A stretch of DNA of 61,177 bases, the filler included, from Dugesia japonica (Eukaryota), in the NCBI GenBank assembly GCA_001938525.1. It is 5 parts of 5 records of this genome, joined end to end, with 100 filler letters (N's around TTAATTAATTAA, not from the genome) between each part and the next. Parts side by side here need not be neighbours in the genome. Positions count along the whole stretch, not along the records: positions 1 to 14,880 come from MQRL01469354.1; positions 14,981 to 26,358 come from MQRL01601678.1; 3 more parts are not named here. One strand, written 5' to 3'. The notes under the pieces were generated by a model. That model saw only the letters and a program-made list of their open reading frames with translations, was not told where the DNA came from and searched no databases. The translations under genes and the position numbers were made by a program. How positions within the stretch are numbered: position 1 is the stretch's first letter; each line of letters begins with the position of its first letter. Shown here piece after piece: positions 10,339-20,665 of this stretch.

Positions 10339-11793
10339 TTAAAAGACTGTTGGCTGGAGCTCATTAGCATAAAACCTACCAAGTATTTGATTTCCTTCTT
10401 GATCAGAGATTCCATAAGTTAATACTCCATCCCATGGTTGTGATGTATTATTTTCTCTATAGATTTTATAAATAGTATAAATATCTCTAGTCCAATTTAT
10501 TGTGTAACCTTTTTCAAATTTATCTTTAAATCTAAATATTCTAACTCGTTGACCAATTTTTAATTTGTTTTTATTTTTCCAGTTAACTGGAGTAACTAGA
10601 TTCTTGTTTGTTAGATTCCATTTAATTGTTTTCTTTTCTAATGATGAATTATCGTTAACTGGACTGCTGGCCAGTTCACTGGCTTGCTGGGGAGTAATAT
10701 TAATTGCACTGTGAACTGTATTATTGTAATCATCGGCTATAGATTGTAACAAATCAATATTCCACTTTTGATTACCCTGTTTAGTAAATAATTTAAACAA
10801 TCTTCTTTTGAATGTTCTAATTACTCGCTCTACAAAAACTGCTTTACCTCTCATTTCTGTTTCTAATAATGTAGAATAAAAATTAATATCATTCTCGATA
10901 CAAAACTCTTGAAAAACTTTATTATAAAATTCTCTTCCATGATCAACCCATAGATTATTAGGAATACGATTACTCTTTTCAATTAGATTTTCAAATCCAT
11001 CTTTTACTTCTTGACCAGTCTTGTTATTTAATCCTTCAATAAATATAAATCTAGTATATAAATCAATTACTATCAAGACTGTAGTCAGTTCTCTTCTAGC
11101 TGGAAAATTAGGAGATCCAATAAACATTAAATCAGCTGACCATGTTTCATCTTTAAAGAATAATTTAACTTTAAGAAACTTTTTAGCTTTTCTAAAAGGT
11201 TTATGAAGTTCATTAGCTTCTGTAGAAGTTGACTGTAAACCAGCTACTAGTCCTGATCCTGTCGTATTCACTCCAGCTCCTAGCATCACTTTACCCTTCA
11301 TTGCTAATTTAACTATTCCTCTTTGAATCTTTTCTGCTAGAGTTGGATCTTCTATATTATTTAAATCATGAATCATGTTTACATCTGCAACATGTCTATC
11401 TCTTATGTCTTCACTATTGTAAGCAACATCATGTTTTAAAGCAGCTTCATCTACTCTATTTATTGGTTCTTCACCTGGTTTCGGAAATAGATTACCATCA
11501 GCATCCTGCTCCAATCGAATGTCCAATCTTGTTCCTGGTCCAGTGTAATTATGACCAAATAAATGCCTTTCACCTGGATACTTTTCAGTGGTAAAAGGTT
11601 TTAATAAAGTAGAAGTTACTTTGGAAGATTGTAAGTCACCTCCAGTTACAGTTCCAGATTGCTGGGCAGTGGATTGTTGGTTGTTACCTTTACCATTGCC
11701 ATTGTTCTTTGAACATATTTTTCTATGTCTTGCTCTATTAGACTTTGCTAAATATCTATTACAATTTATACACAATTCTTTTTCTACTACCAT
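10339..11793 (-). CDS. Fusion of C2HC zinc finger, parvovirus-type phospholipase A2 and retroviral-like (rve) integrase
   Basis: PLA2: NYTGPG, VDEAALKHDVAY, HVAD. Integrase: ELHKP, WSADL, WVDHGREF, VERVIRTFK, YNNTVHSAI, GRFYANELQ. Confidence 0.92.
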   Translation of the reverse strand: MVVEKELCINCNRYLAKSNRARHRKICSKNNGNGKGNNQQSTAQQSGTVTGGDLQSSKVTSTLLKPFTTEKYPGERHLFGHNYTGPGTRLDIRLEQDADGNLFPKPGEEPINRVDEAALKHDVAYNSEDIRDRHVADVNMIHDLNNIEDPTLAEKIQRGIVKLAMKGKVMLGAGVNTTGSGLVAGLQSTSTEANELHKPFRKAKKFLKVKLFFKDETWSADLMFIGSPNFPARRELTTVLIVIDLYTRFIFIEGLNNKTGQEVKDGFENLIEKSNRIPNNLWVDHGREFYNKVFQEFCIENDINFYSTLLETEMRGKAVFVERVIRTFKRRLFKLFTKQGNQKWNIDLLQSIADDYNNTVHSAINITPQQASELASSPVNDNSSLEKKTIKWNLTNKNLVTPVNWKNKNKLKIGQRVRIFRFKDKFEKGYTINWTRDIYTIYKIYRENNTSQPWDGVLTYGISDQEGNQILGRFYANELQPTVF

Positions 11794-11831
11794 TTATTAA
11801 TAACATTATTTGGTGTTGCTACTTAGCGTTA

Positions 11832-13151
11832 CTATTTTAACTGGCTAGTAACAATTGGTACAGTTGTTCTAAGTCCTGCTAGCTGACCAGTTAGACTTGG
11901 TAAATTAAAATTCTTTACATCTTGACCTTTAATATTCTCTACAAACATTACTTTACCATTTGATATCTTTAATTCAACATGCTTCTCTAAAAGTATTAAC
12001 CAATATAAATTACCAGTCATTTCACTATCTTTAGTTATGTGGCATGTTAAATCTACATTGTTAACAGTCAACTTTTCATCTTGTGCAGAACAATCAAAAC
12101 AAAAGATTGGATAGAAGCTTGTCCAATCTTTAATACTTAATTGAGGTTTAGTAGAAAATGAATTACACATGTCAATATACATTTGATATGGAAACATTAC
12201 ATTATTATTAACTACATCAAATTCAACTCGAGCATTTGGATAGTAGACATTATTTAATTGTAATTTTATAGTCTTTAGGTAATAGTTGTAAGTCTTGTCT
12301 GGTTTAACTATAGACTGTTTTAATGTAAATAAATTATTATTCAACTTGTATGAATTAGTATTACACTTGTAACCAATAATAACAAATCTAGGTCTATATG
12401 GTAAATTACCCATCTTTATTGAAAAACTAGTACCAGATGATATAGAAGTATTTCTTATTTCTCTTTCCAAGAATGAAGATTGAATTGGTTTATTAGTTGA
12501 TAGTCTTTCTAAATAATGTAATTCCATCTTTGGTGCTAAAGTCCATTCAGGTATATGTAATTCAAGACAGTCTATTTGTATTTCTACTTTATCATCTGTA
12601 CTTCCAAAGAAAATCTTTTCATTCATTATTTCTCTATTACAATCCAATTGAATAAAGGTATTAAATAATAGTCTATTGTAATTTGATAAAAAGCCAAATA
12701 GATTCTTTAGAGGATAATAACCTTCATACTTGGTTAAATATAATTCTTGTCTCTTCTTTGAACTATCTTTTATTGAATCAGGAATCCATCCATAAGCTTG
12801 ATGAGACTTTTCACTAGCCTTGTCAATTAATATTAAATTAATCATTTTAGAAGCTACATCAGGAAAGGTTATTGATTCAATATAAGTAGATCCTAATTTT
12901 AATCTCATTTGTGAAAACAAAGCTGGAAAGAAATCATTCTCTAATGTAGTAGTTGGTTTTTCATTTTTAAAACTAATTCTGAAATACATTTTGGCATTTC
13001 CAATATCTAAAGGATTAGTATTTTGTAGTGATTGGAAAGTTACATCACCATTCTTGTTCAAATTAACCATTGACCCAGCTGTTGGAGAAATTTTCAATAA
13101 ATCACTTTTAGTTTGCACATGAATAAAATTTACGTTAAAGTCCAAGTCCAT
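11832..13151 (-). CDS. Major capsid protein (double jelly-roll, hexon-like)
   Basis: 439 aa, beta-rich; ALFSQMRLKLG..IE, YYPLKNLFGF, RPRFVIIG, LNNVYYP, YPIFCFDCS; position in the Polinton gene set. Confidence 0.87.
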   Translation of the reverse strand: MDLDFNVNFIHVQTKSDLLKISPTAGSMVNLNKNGDVTFQSLQNTNPLDIGNAKMYFRISFKNEKPTTTLENDFFPALFSQMRLKLGSTYIESITFPDVASKMINLILIDKASEKSHQAYGWIPDSIKDSSKKRQELYLTKYEGYYPLKNLFGFLSNYNRLLFNTFIQLDCNREIMNEKIFFGSTDDKVEIQIDCLELHIPEWTLAPKMELHYLERLSTNKPIQSSFLEREIRNTSISSGTSFSIKMGNLPYRPRFVIIGYKCNTNSYKLNNNLFTLKQSIVKPDKTYNYYLKTIKLQLNNVYYPNARVEFDVVNNNVMFPYQMYIDMCNSFSTKPQLSIKDWTSFYPIFCFDCSAQDEKLTVNNVDLTCHITKDSEMTGNLYWLILLEKHVELKISNGKVMFVENIKGQDVKNFNLPSLTGQLAGLRTTVPIVTSQLK

Positions 13152-13515
13152 TTGGTATAAAAATTATTTGGTTCAGCCAGTTGGCTTACTGCTACTAGCG
13201 TTGTCAAGAGGCTTGTCACTATTAGAAATTGCACCAAGGTGCTTGAAAAATTTAATTGCTTTCTCTTTTATTTTTCTTCAGTTAAAGTATATTATAATTG
13301 TAATAATTATCGATATTATTATTATTATAATGCTATATCGATAAAACTTTAATTCTACTCTTAAATCAATTATCATATTTTGGTAATTGATTTCATTATC
13401 TTCTTTTTTTTTTTAAAAGTTTTTCCATCCCCTCACTTATTTCACACAATATACTTGAATTACTTATTATTTCTTCTGTAATCATTTTCTATAGAAATTA
13501 TTTAAGAGTATTGTT

Positions 13516-13578
13516 TAAAGATTACAGTTTAAAGATTATAGTTTAAAGATTATATTTTAAAGATTATAGTTTAAAGAT
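13516..13578. repeat. 14-bp tandem repeat (TTAAAGATTATAGT-like, about 4.5 copies)
   Basis: ttaaagattacagt ttaaagattatagt ttaaagattatatt ttaaagattatagt ttaaagat. Confidence 0.8.
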
Positions 13579-13936
13579 CATTGTTCTTAATCTTGTTAAA
13601 AAAGTCTTCATCCTTCTTCAAACTTTTTATTAAATACTTTTTATTTTCATCTTTATACTTTTTAATAATTTCTTTGTATTGAATAGTTTTATTTCTGAGT
13701 TGTAATTTATGTAACTCTTGTAATTTATTTATTTCATCATTTAAATCATAAGTTACTTTTTTTCCTGTTTTAACATTTTCATATCCTTTTTTATAAACTT
13801 TGTAACTTATGAATAATTTTCTAATGACGTCTTCTTTTTCTTTTTCACTTTCCAATTTATTTAATAATTTTTCTAATTCTTCATATACCTCTTTTGCAAA
13901 TTGTCTATCCTCTCGAATTAATTTTAAGTCATCCAT
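13571..13936 (-). CDS. Polinton accessory hypothetical protein (Lys/Glu-rich, helical)
   Basis: 121-aa ORF preceded by TAAGAAATG, like other genes of the element. Confidence 0.55.
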   Translation of the reverse strand: MDDLKLIREDRQFAKEVYEELEKLLNKLESEKEKEDVIRKLFISYKVYKKGYENVKTGKKVTYDLNDEINKLQELHKLQLRNKTIQYKEIIKKYKDENKKYLIKSLKKDEDFFNKIKNNDL

Positions 13937-13952
13937 TTCTTAAGGAAACTTT

Positions 13953-14153
13953 TTAATTAAATTCATTTTCATTTATATTTAAAGTACTTCCATGTCTAAT
14001 TGAATTTCTATTATTATAAACATCTTTTAAAAAATTACTATTTTCTATTCCGTTATTATATATTGTTTTTGGAACAGAATTTATTAATTCTTCTTCTTCT
14101 TCATTATTATTATTTACTATAGGAGAAGCTGCCCCTCCTTTAACATTTTCCAT
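13953..14153 (-). CDS. Small Polinton hypothetical protein (MENVKGGAASP...), likely true start at 14153
   Basis: ATG overlaps the end of the upstream ORF; the longer predicted N-terminus is a low-complexity overlap. Confidence 0.35.
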   Translation of the reverse strand: MENVKGGAASPIVNNNNEEEEELINSVPKTIYNNGIENSNFLKDVYNNRNSIRHGSTLNINENEFN

Positions 14154-14673
14154 TTTTTTTATTTTGATTTCTATTAGGTAAAACTTTTGTTTCTTCTTCT
14201 TCTTCTTCTTCTTCAAAATAATGTTCTTTCTTATTATTATTAATATGTTCTTGTAAAAATTTATAATTGCAAGCATTGAATTTGGGGAATTGAGCTTTAT
14301 CATTCATTGCAGAGATTAATTTTAATTTTATGATCCTACTCTCTTTTATTCTTTCTTCTTCTTTGTCTATTACTTTTTTAGGTTTAAATTCCATTAATGA
14401 TGTTTTATTTTTTCTATAATAACACCCATCTTTATTAGGTAAAAATAATGAAGTTACATTATCATATTCAAATCTATTATTTTCAGTCTTTTTCTTTGGT
14501 TTTAAAGGTTTTACTATATTTTTTTTTCTTAATATTTTATTAAGTTCACTAATATTTACCCTTATTTTTTTAGAAATTTGTGTATTAGTTAAATTATAAT
14601 CTGTTTTTTTTGTATTTAAATAATCTTCAAGAATAATTTGTTCTAGTTCATTTAACACATTATATGCTGCCAT
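14140..14673 (-). CDS. Polinton accessory basic protein, possible N-terminal HTH
   Basis: LTNTQISKKIRVNISELNKIL resembles a helix-turn-helix; first gene inside the right TIR. Confidence 0.5.
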   Translation of the reverse strand: MAAYNVLNELEQIILEDYLNTKKTDYNLTNTQISKKIRVNISELNKILRKKNIVKPLKPKKKTENNRFEYDNVTSLFLPNKDGCYYRKNKTSLMEFKPKKVIDKEEERIKESRIIKLKLISAMNDKAQFPKFNACNYKFLQEHINNNKKEHYFEEEEEEEETKVLPNRNQNKKNGKC

Positions 14674-14806
14674 TTTCTATAGGAAAAAATTAGCGTTTAG
14701 TAAAAAAAAAAATTCTTCCCTCTTCTCTCTTCTTTTTTTTCTCTTCTCTCTTCTTTTTTTTCAAAATGATCCAAATCGAGCCAAATCGAGCCAAATTGAT
14801 CCAAAC

Positions 14807-14880
14807 TCAATCATCACAAGAAAAAAAAGCAATTACATCATTTGATGATAAACGATACATATTAGAAGATGGAATAACTA
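14807..14880 (+). repeat. Inner part of right terminal inverted repeat (matches 517-590)
   Basis: 74-nt perfect reverse complement running into the scaffold end; preceded by 10-bp ccaaatcgag-type repeats. Confidence 0.9.
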
Positions 14881-14980
14881 NNNNNNNNNNNNNNNNNNNN
14901 NNNNNNNNNNNNNNNNNNNNNNNNTTAATTAATTAANNNNNNNNNNNNNNNNNNNNNNNNNNNNNNNNNNNNNNNNNNNN
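14881..14980. other. Artificial scaffold spacer N44-TTAATTAATTAA-N44 (also 26359-26458, 37915-38014, 48928-49027)
   Basis: Four identical 100-nt spacers with a six-frame stop linker. Confidence 0.97.
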
Positions 14981-15834
14981 AAGCTAGTTAAAATTTACAT
15001 AAACTTTTCTGTAATAATGACTCTAATACTGACAATTGACTATATACAATCTACTAATTTTTCACTCAATTAATTGTACTTTGATTGTACTATCCATCAA
15101 ACCAAATAATTCAGTCAATCATTTGCATATGTTCCACTATAATATAATAAAATCCTTTGCAAATATAGGTTCAACAACACTCCTACCGGACAAAAAATCG
15201 GGTTTATCAAAGAAGAACGCGAAATGTAATCAGTATCACTTGAGATTCTAAGAAAAAATTCCACCGAAATGGTTATCTACAGAATGTCATATCAAAATAT
15301 CTAACGCAAAATGTGCTATGGAATGATAACAAAAAAATGAATAGAAAAGAAACAAATACATTAATTAATTAATTAAAAATTTATACTAACTTTCAAATTG
15401 AAAAAATAAAATCATTTTTTTTGAAAATTTTTTTGTAACTATAGTAAATTTTTAAAAAATATTTTTATATTATTTTCTATTTTTATCCATAAAAATAAAA
15501 ACTATTTCCATTATGAAAATATATAAAATTTCCATTTTCCTTAATGAAATAGGTATATATTTATGAAATTGGTGTATAAATTATTTGAATTTGTTAACAT
15601 TTTATTCGAATTTTTATATATCTTAATGAGATTAGTGTATGTCCTAATGAAATCGATATATTTGTATGAAATAGGTATTTATATTTTAATGAAATTAGTA
15701 AAATTAATGAAATTTAAAATCAGGAGATAAAATTTCAAAACTAAAATTTAAATCAAATTTTTTTTATTAATTTATTAACTTATGTGAAATAGATTATTAA
15801 ATTATATGAAACACCTTGTAAATATTATATTATT

Positions 15835-15880
15835 TAATAATAATAAATATTATATAATAATAATAATAGTAATAATAAGG

Positions 15881-15938
<58 letters not shown>

Positions 15939-15988
15939 NNNNNNNNNNNNNNNNNNNNNNNNNNNNNNNNNNNNNNNNNNNNNNNNNN

Positions 15989-16022
<34 letters not shown>
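15835..16022. repeat. (TAA)n microsatellite (others at about 33003-33046 and 38015-38080; (TATAT)n at about 49700-49915)
   Basis: Direct reading. Confidence 0.95.
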
Positions 16023-16024
<2 letters not shown>

Positions 16025-16415
16025 GTAGATGGATGTGTCAGCACTGAGCCACCTGCCACTCGATGGCAAAGTGGCTAACGATTTCATTGGTTGAATTGTG
16101 GCTAGAAAATGTTTTATTTTCGGTTCGAAATGGTCTCAAAATAGCTCGGGAAGTTAAAGTTTTTGGTTCAAATTTTCGGTCAATTTTTATTGTATGATCT
16201 TAAATTTGGTATTGATTGTCCTAGAATTGAAAAATGAACATTTTTTGTATAAGCTTTGCTATATGAAAAGGCTTGGTTCTCTGATAAAAGGTAAGTCAAC
16301 ACTGAGACAATTTGACTTAATTTTGAAATTTCTCAACCAAACAATTCAACCAATGAAATCGTTAGCAACTTTGCTGGGGGGGAAGGTGACTCAGTGATGA
16401 CACGTCCATCTACTT
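16023..16415. mobile_element. MITE-like element with about 75-bp imperfect TIRs
   Basis: aagtagatggatgtgtcagcactgagccacc..gctaacgatttcattggttgaattgt (16023-16099) vs its reverse complement at 16341-16415; no coding capacity. Confidence 0.8.
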
Positions 16416-17152
16416 AAAAAAAATAATAATATTTAATTAAATAACATTTAATAATAAAATAAAATAAATCAATAAAATTTAGACATTCGTAATTGTTGTA
16501 TTCAGACAAACAATTGGTTTCGGTTGAGTGAAATCATGAGAAAGTAAGGAGTAAGCAAATGTTTACTATTTCAATGGAGAAATAAAATGAAATTAGCAGA
16601 TTTTTTATGAATTTGTTTGAATAAATTACAGAGAAAGAAAATAGGGAATGAAAAGAAAAGATTAGTTTTATTAAGTAATTTTATTTTTATTTTGTTGTAT
16701 GAATGTAATTATTTTTAAAATTGATTTATAATTTATATACTTATTTACTTATTTTTATTTATAATACTTTGAAAAAATTAAGTATTTGATATAATATTTT
16801 TCAGATTAATTAAGTGGATATTTATATAAAAGAATTGTGATGTAATTCACTCGGATTTTTCGCGGTGATTACACAAATTGAATCTATTTGACCATTTTAA
16901 TAATATTGATAATTATTTAACTATAGCTTCAAATAGTATTGGTGAATATGGTTATTTTAATTAATTAATAATAATTCTTATATTATTATTTTAAACTATC
17001 CCAACATATACTTTCGTACAACATGTANNNNNNNNNNNNNNNNNNNNNNNNNNNNNNNNNNNNNNNNNNNNNNNNNNNNNNNNNNNNNNNNNNNNNNNNN
17101 NNNNNNNNNNNNNNNNNNNNNNNNNNNNNNNNNNNNNNNNNNNNNNNNNNNN

Positions 17153-19010
17153 GATGTCTTTTGATGTTATTCGTTGATTTATAAATGTTCCATTAGAGGA
17201 AACTATTAATCTTGGTTGTGAATAATGTGAAAAAATCTGACTGAGCATGATTTTTTAAGTGTGTTTGCTTTTAATGAACTATTGAGTTTTGTTATATCTA
17301 ATATACATTTTTGTCTAATGATATATGGCACAAACAAGTTGATGCTATGAGTTCATCTGTTGCTCTTACTTTAGATTTTTTGTTTATTTCAAATATGGAA
17401 GATAAAATTGATTTGTTTACTGAAAATAAAACATTCAATTGAGTTCTGACCTTGTTTATAAATATGAATGTAATTTGTGTAATGCCACATACATTCGAGA
17501 GACTTTCAGTCATCTCTATACAAGAATTCAGGAGCATAGTCGAGTTTGTAGTGGAAATAATATTGCTGAACATAACATTAATTGGGAATCAGTTGTTAGA
17601 ATAAATAGTTTTTAAATTTGGTACAGAAACTTTTAAGATTATTGAGAGAGAATTATGTATGAATAAATTATTATTAGATCAATCAACACAAAAATTAATG
17701 TTCAAAAAGGCTTTCTAGGTCTTTATTGAATGTTTTTATTTCATTTGATTTATTGAAAAGATTGCATAATTGATTACATAATCATAACTTTTAAAAGGAT
17801 TTTTCATTGTATATTGTATCTTAGGATGATACATATTCTGTCTAAAAATGTTGTACTAAAATATTTATTGAAATAGCGTTTAAGAGTTTGTATTGTTATT
17901 AATAGTATTATTATTGTTCAGATCACAATGATTATTATAATTGGACAACGCTGAAAAGATTTTTATAAAATCTTTTCTTTAATAAATTACAACTTTTTAA
18001 ATAAATTAAATAAAATAAAAAGGGAAATATTATTACAATAAAATTTACTTTAAAACTATCTTACCAAAAATTTATAAAAAGTATACTAAAATTGTAGACA
18101 AATGAAATTTACTTTTTTTTACAATTCAANNNNNNNNNNNNNNNNNNNNNNNNNNNNNNNNNNNNNNGATTCATAGATTTTAAATATGTGGGAAATTTTT
18201 TTAATTTGATATATATTATATTATATTATTTCATTAAAATAAAGAAAAAGCTTCGATCAAAATAAAATGTATTTGTAAAGAAATTAAAATTTTCGACAAT
18301 AGTCTTCAGGAACATGATGACTTATTGATTGATTCAATGCAATAGATCTTTGTTACTCAATTCTTTAGATTTTATCGAAATTTTATTNNNNNNNNNNNNN
18401 NNNNNNNNNNNNNNNNNNNNNNNNNNNNNNNNNNNNNNNNNNNNNNNNNNNNNNNNNNNNNNNNNNNNNNNNNNNNCATTTTTCGACCGGAAAGAGTCTT
18501 TCAGCTCTTATTCTTTCACCCTTTATTATTCCAATTTTCTTTCTGATGGTAGTATTACTACTCCAAGGTAAAATATGTCACTGTAAAATGGTTTCATATA
18601 CAACTGGGTAAGTTATAATTCACCAGATTTCTTTTGCATTAAGGTGTCCAGAAAAGGAATCTGAAAGTCGATTGACTTCTCTAAAGTGAATTTAATGTTA
18701 TCATTAATACTATTGACTAGTTCTAAAATATTTTCTAATGAAGAATTAGCAACAAAATAAATATCGTCTATATATTTGAACCAAAGATATATCTTCTTCT
18801 CAGCTTTGAGAAAATTTTTATTTTCAATGAAGTTCATAAAAATTATCGTTAAAATAGGAGACAAATTGTTACCCATTGCAAGACCACTTTTTTGTTTAAA
18901 AAGCTGTTCACCAATAAAAATGTTGTCAGAGAATAGACATAAATTGATAAAATAAATTATGAACTTCATTGAAAATAAAATTATTCTCAAAGCTGAGAAG
19001 AAGATATATC
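17153..19010 (-). mobile_element. Penelope-like retroelement fragments (RT core at 18613-18990; probable downstream domain at about 17153-17580)
   Basis: FKQKSGLAMGNNLSP, KYIDDI, NIKFTLE..IPFLD are Penelope-type RT motifs. Confidence 0.8.
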
Positions 19011-19482
19011 TTAAGTTTTAAAATTAAGTTTCAAAATTTACAAAAAAAATACAAAATTAAAATTTTTACCTATAATATAATAATTGTTAAAATAATTTCA
19101 AAATTCCTAATATTTTAAAATTATAATCAAATAAAATTTTAAAAAAATTTGAAAAATCACTAATATATAAAAATTTATAATAAAAAAAACTTTAAAAAAT
19201 CTCTAATATATGAAAATTTTATCAAAACACAACTGAAAATTAAATATATAAAAAATTTTCTATTTGATTAAAAACATTTAGAGAGTAAATTTAAAAATAA
19301 AAATTAATAATTAAAATAAACCAATAAAATTTCGATAAAATCTAAAGAATTGAGTAACAAAGATCTATTGCATTGAATCGATCAATAAGTCATCATGTTC
19401 CTGAAGACCATTGTCGATAATTTGAATTTCTTTACAAATACATTTTATTTTGATCGAAGCCTTTTCATTATTTCAATGAAAT
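18229..19482. repeat. About 155-bp inverted repeat pair (about 18229-18387 and 19323-19482) bracketing the Penelope RT fragment
   Basis: Near-identical reverse complements, e.g. cttcaggaacatgatgacttattga / tcaataagtcatcatgttcctgaag. Confidence 0.8.
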
Positions 19483-19906
19483 CTCAAATGCGATCAATGG
19501 TTAAGTCCTACAATTATTCTCACAATAATTGTAATTATAAATATTATATTAGGTTAAAATTTATTTTTTGAAACATTTAAATATGATTCCAAATAATATA
19601 TTAAAAGAAAATGACATTACAGATTATTAAAATAAGAAAACATTTTTAAAATGCAAATATATTTAAATAATTGTTATATATCATAATAGTTAAAAATATT
19701 CACTTTAAGAAATTATTTAGAAAAATAATTAAAATCTACGTAAAGTATATATAGTAAAATAAAATCAATATTTTTAAAATATTTTATTTTAAAAGTTTAA
19801 AAATGAAAATTAAAATTTTCAGATTATCTGTTTGAATACTATGGATTATTCTACATCTTTTTTACTTTCATCAAAAACTTGTGATAAAACATAAAACAGT
19901 GTACGG

Positions 19907-20046
19907 CAAAAATGGTGATTTTAAAATAGCGATCTTAAAAATGGCGACCACAAAATAGGAATCTTCAAAATAGCGACTACTTCAAAATAGCGGCTACTTC
20001 ATAATGGGGAACACTTCATAATGGCGACTAATTCAAATGGCGAATT
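19907..20046 (+). repeat. Degenerate 14-17-nt tandem array with AAAATGGCG-like core, upstream of the retroelement polyprotein
   Basis: aaaatggtga, aaaatagcga, aaaatggcga, aaaatagcgg, ataatggcga, caaatggcga. Confidence 0.7.
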
Positions 20047-20665
20047 TAATGAAAAATTAGAGGATATAGTACCGGAAAAATTGCAAGCTGAACATTTAAA
20101 TAATATATCACAAAGATATGATGAGCAAGCATCAGCAGGATCAGATCAAGGACTTATAAGAAGTTTAATCAAATTGGTACATGCTGATCTATATGATTGT
20201 ATAATAACTCAGAGTAGACCACTAATGATATTTGAAGATATGAAACTCATATTAAAAGAAGTAAGCAAATTGATAATAGCACATCCAGAAAGTGATGATT
20301 ATAAAGTAATAAAAACAATGATGAAGGAAAGAATAAATAAAAACAAAGGAGTTACAGCTATTTTGTATCTAATACTCAAGAATAGAGAACAATTAGTTGA
20401 GAGACCTGATAAAAACATTGTGGTCGTAGAGCAAATAGTTAATCAATTTTTTTACAAAGGAATTAACGCGTGGATCACTCAAGAAAGAGGTTGGGAAACG
20501 TTATATCCAACAAGTAATTGTAAACAGAAAATTCAGCAAACAGAACAGGAAGATGAAATAAAGAAACTCATTAATAAAGAGACAAAAAAATCAAATCGAC
20601 CACTAATGGGTACAATAATAACAATTATAACAATGTGTTTGGAATTAGCAAAAGGAGCAAATGCG
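20021..20665 (+). CDS. Bcl-2-like domain followed by a hydrophobic anchor/signal peptide (N-terminus of polyprotein)
   Basis: BH2-like NAWITQERGWETL; BH1-position ERINKNKGVTAILYL; N106-W151-W158 spacing (45, 7) equals human BCL2 N143-W188-W195. Confidence 0.6.

Larger units (their letters stand above)
1..14880 (-). mobile_element. Polinton/Maverick (adintovirus-like) endogenous dsDNA virus, near complete, both ends truncated by scaffold/window limits
   Basis: Co-oriented pPolB, adenain protease, penton, A32-like ATPase, rve integrase and major capsid genes; 517-590 is the exact reverse complement of 14807-14880 (TIR). Confidence 0.95.

Noticed and set aside
3590-11800. Plus-strand ORFs (3590, 3950, 7326, 9778, 11021, 11343, 11588)
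   Set aside because: Antisense shadows of real minus-strand genes; hydrophobicity arises from reverse-complemented Asn/Gln repeats
13516-14806. Short tandem repeats as a possible CRISPR-like array
   Set aside because: No unique spacers, no cas genes, eukaryotic context
15806-16087. Poly-I/N/Y ORFs and other X-rich ORFs (e.g. 22051-23337, 32985-33310, 49510-49923)
   Set aside because: Microsatellite translations or frames kept open by N runs
18285-18320. CTGAAGA..GAAA (minus strand; related copy near 19401) resembling a Penelope hammerhead ribozyme core
   Set aside because: Stem II closing pair and stem I complementarity could not be formed by eye; an Infernal/RNAMotif search would be needed
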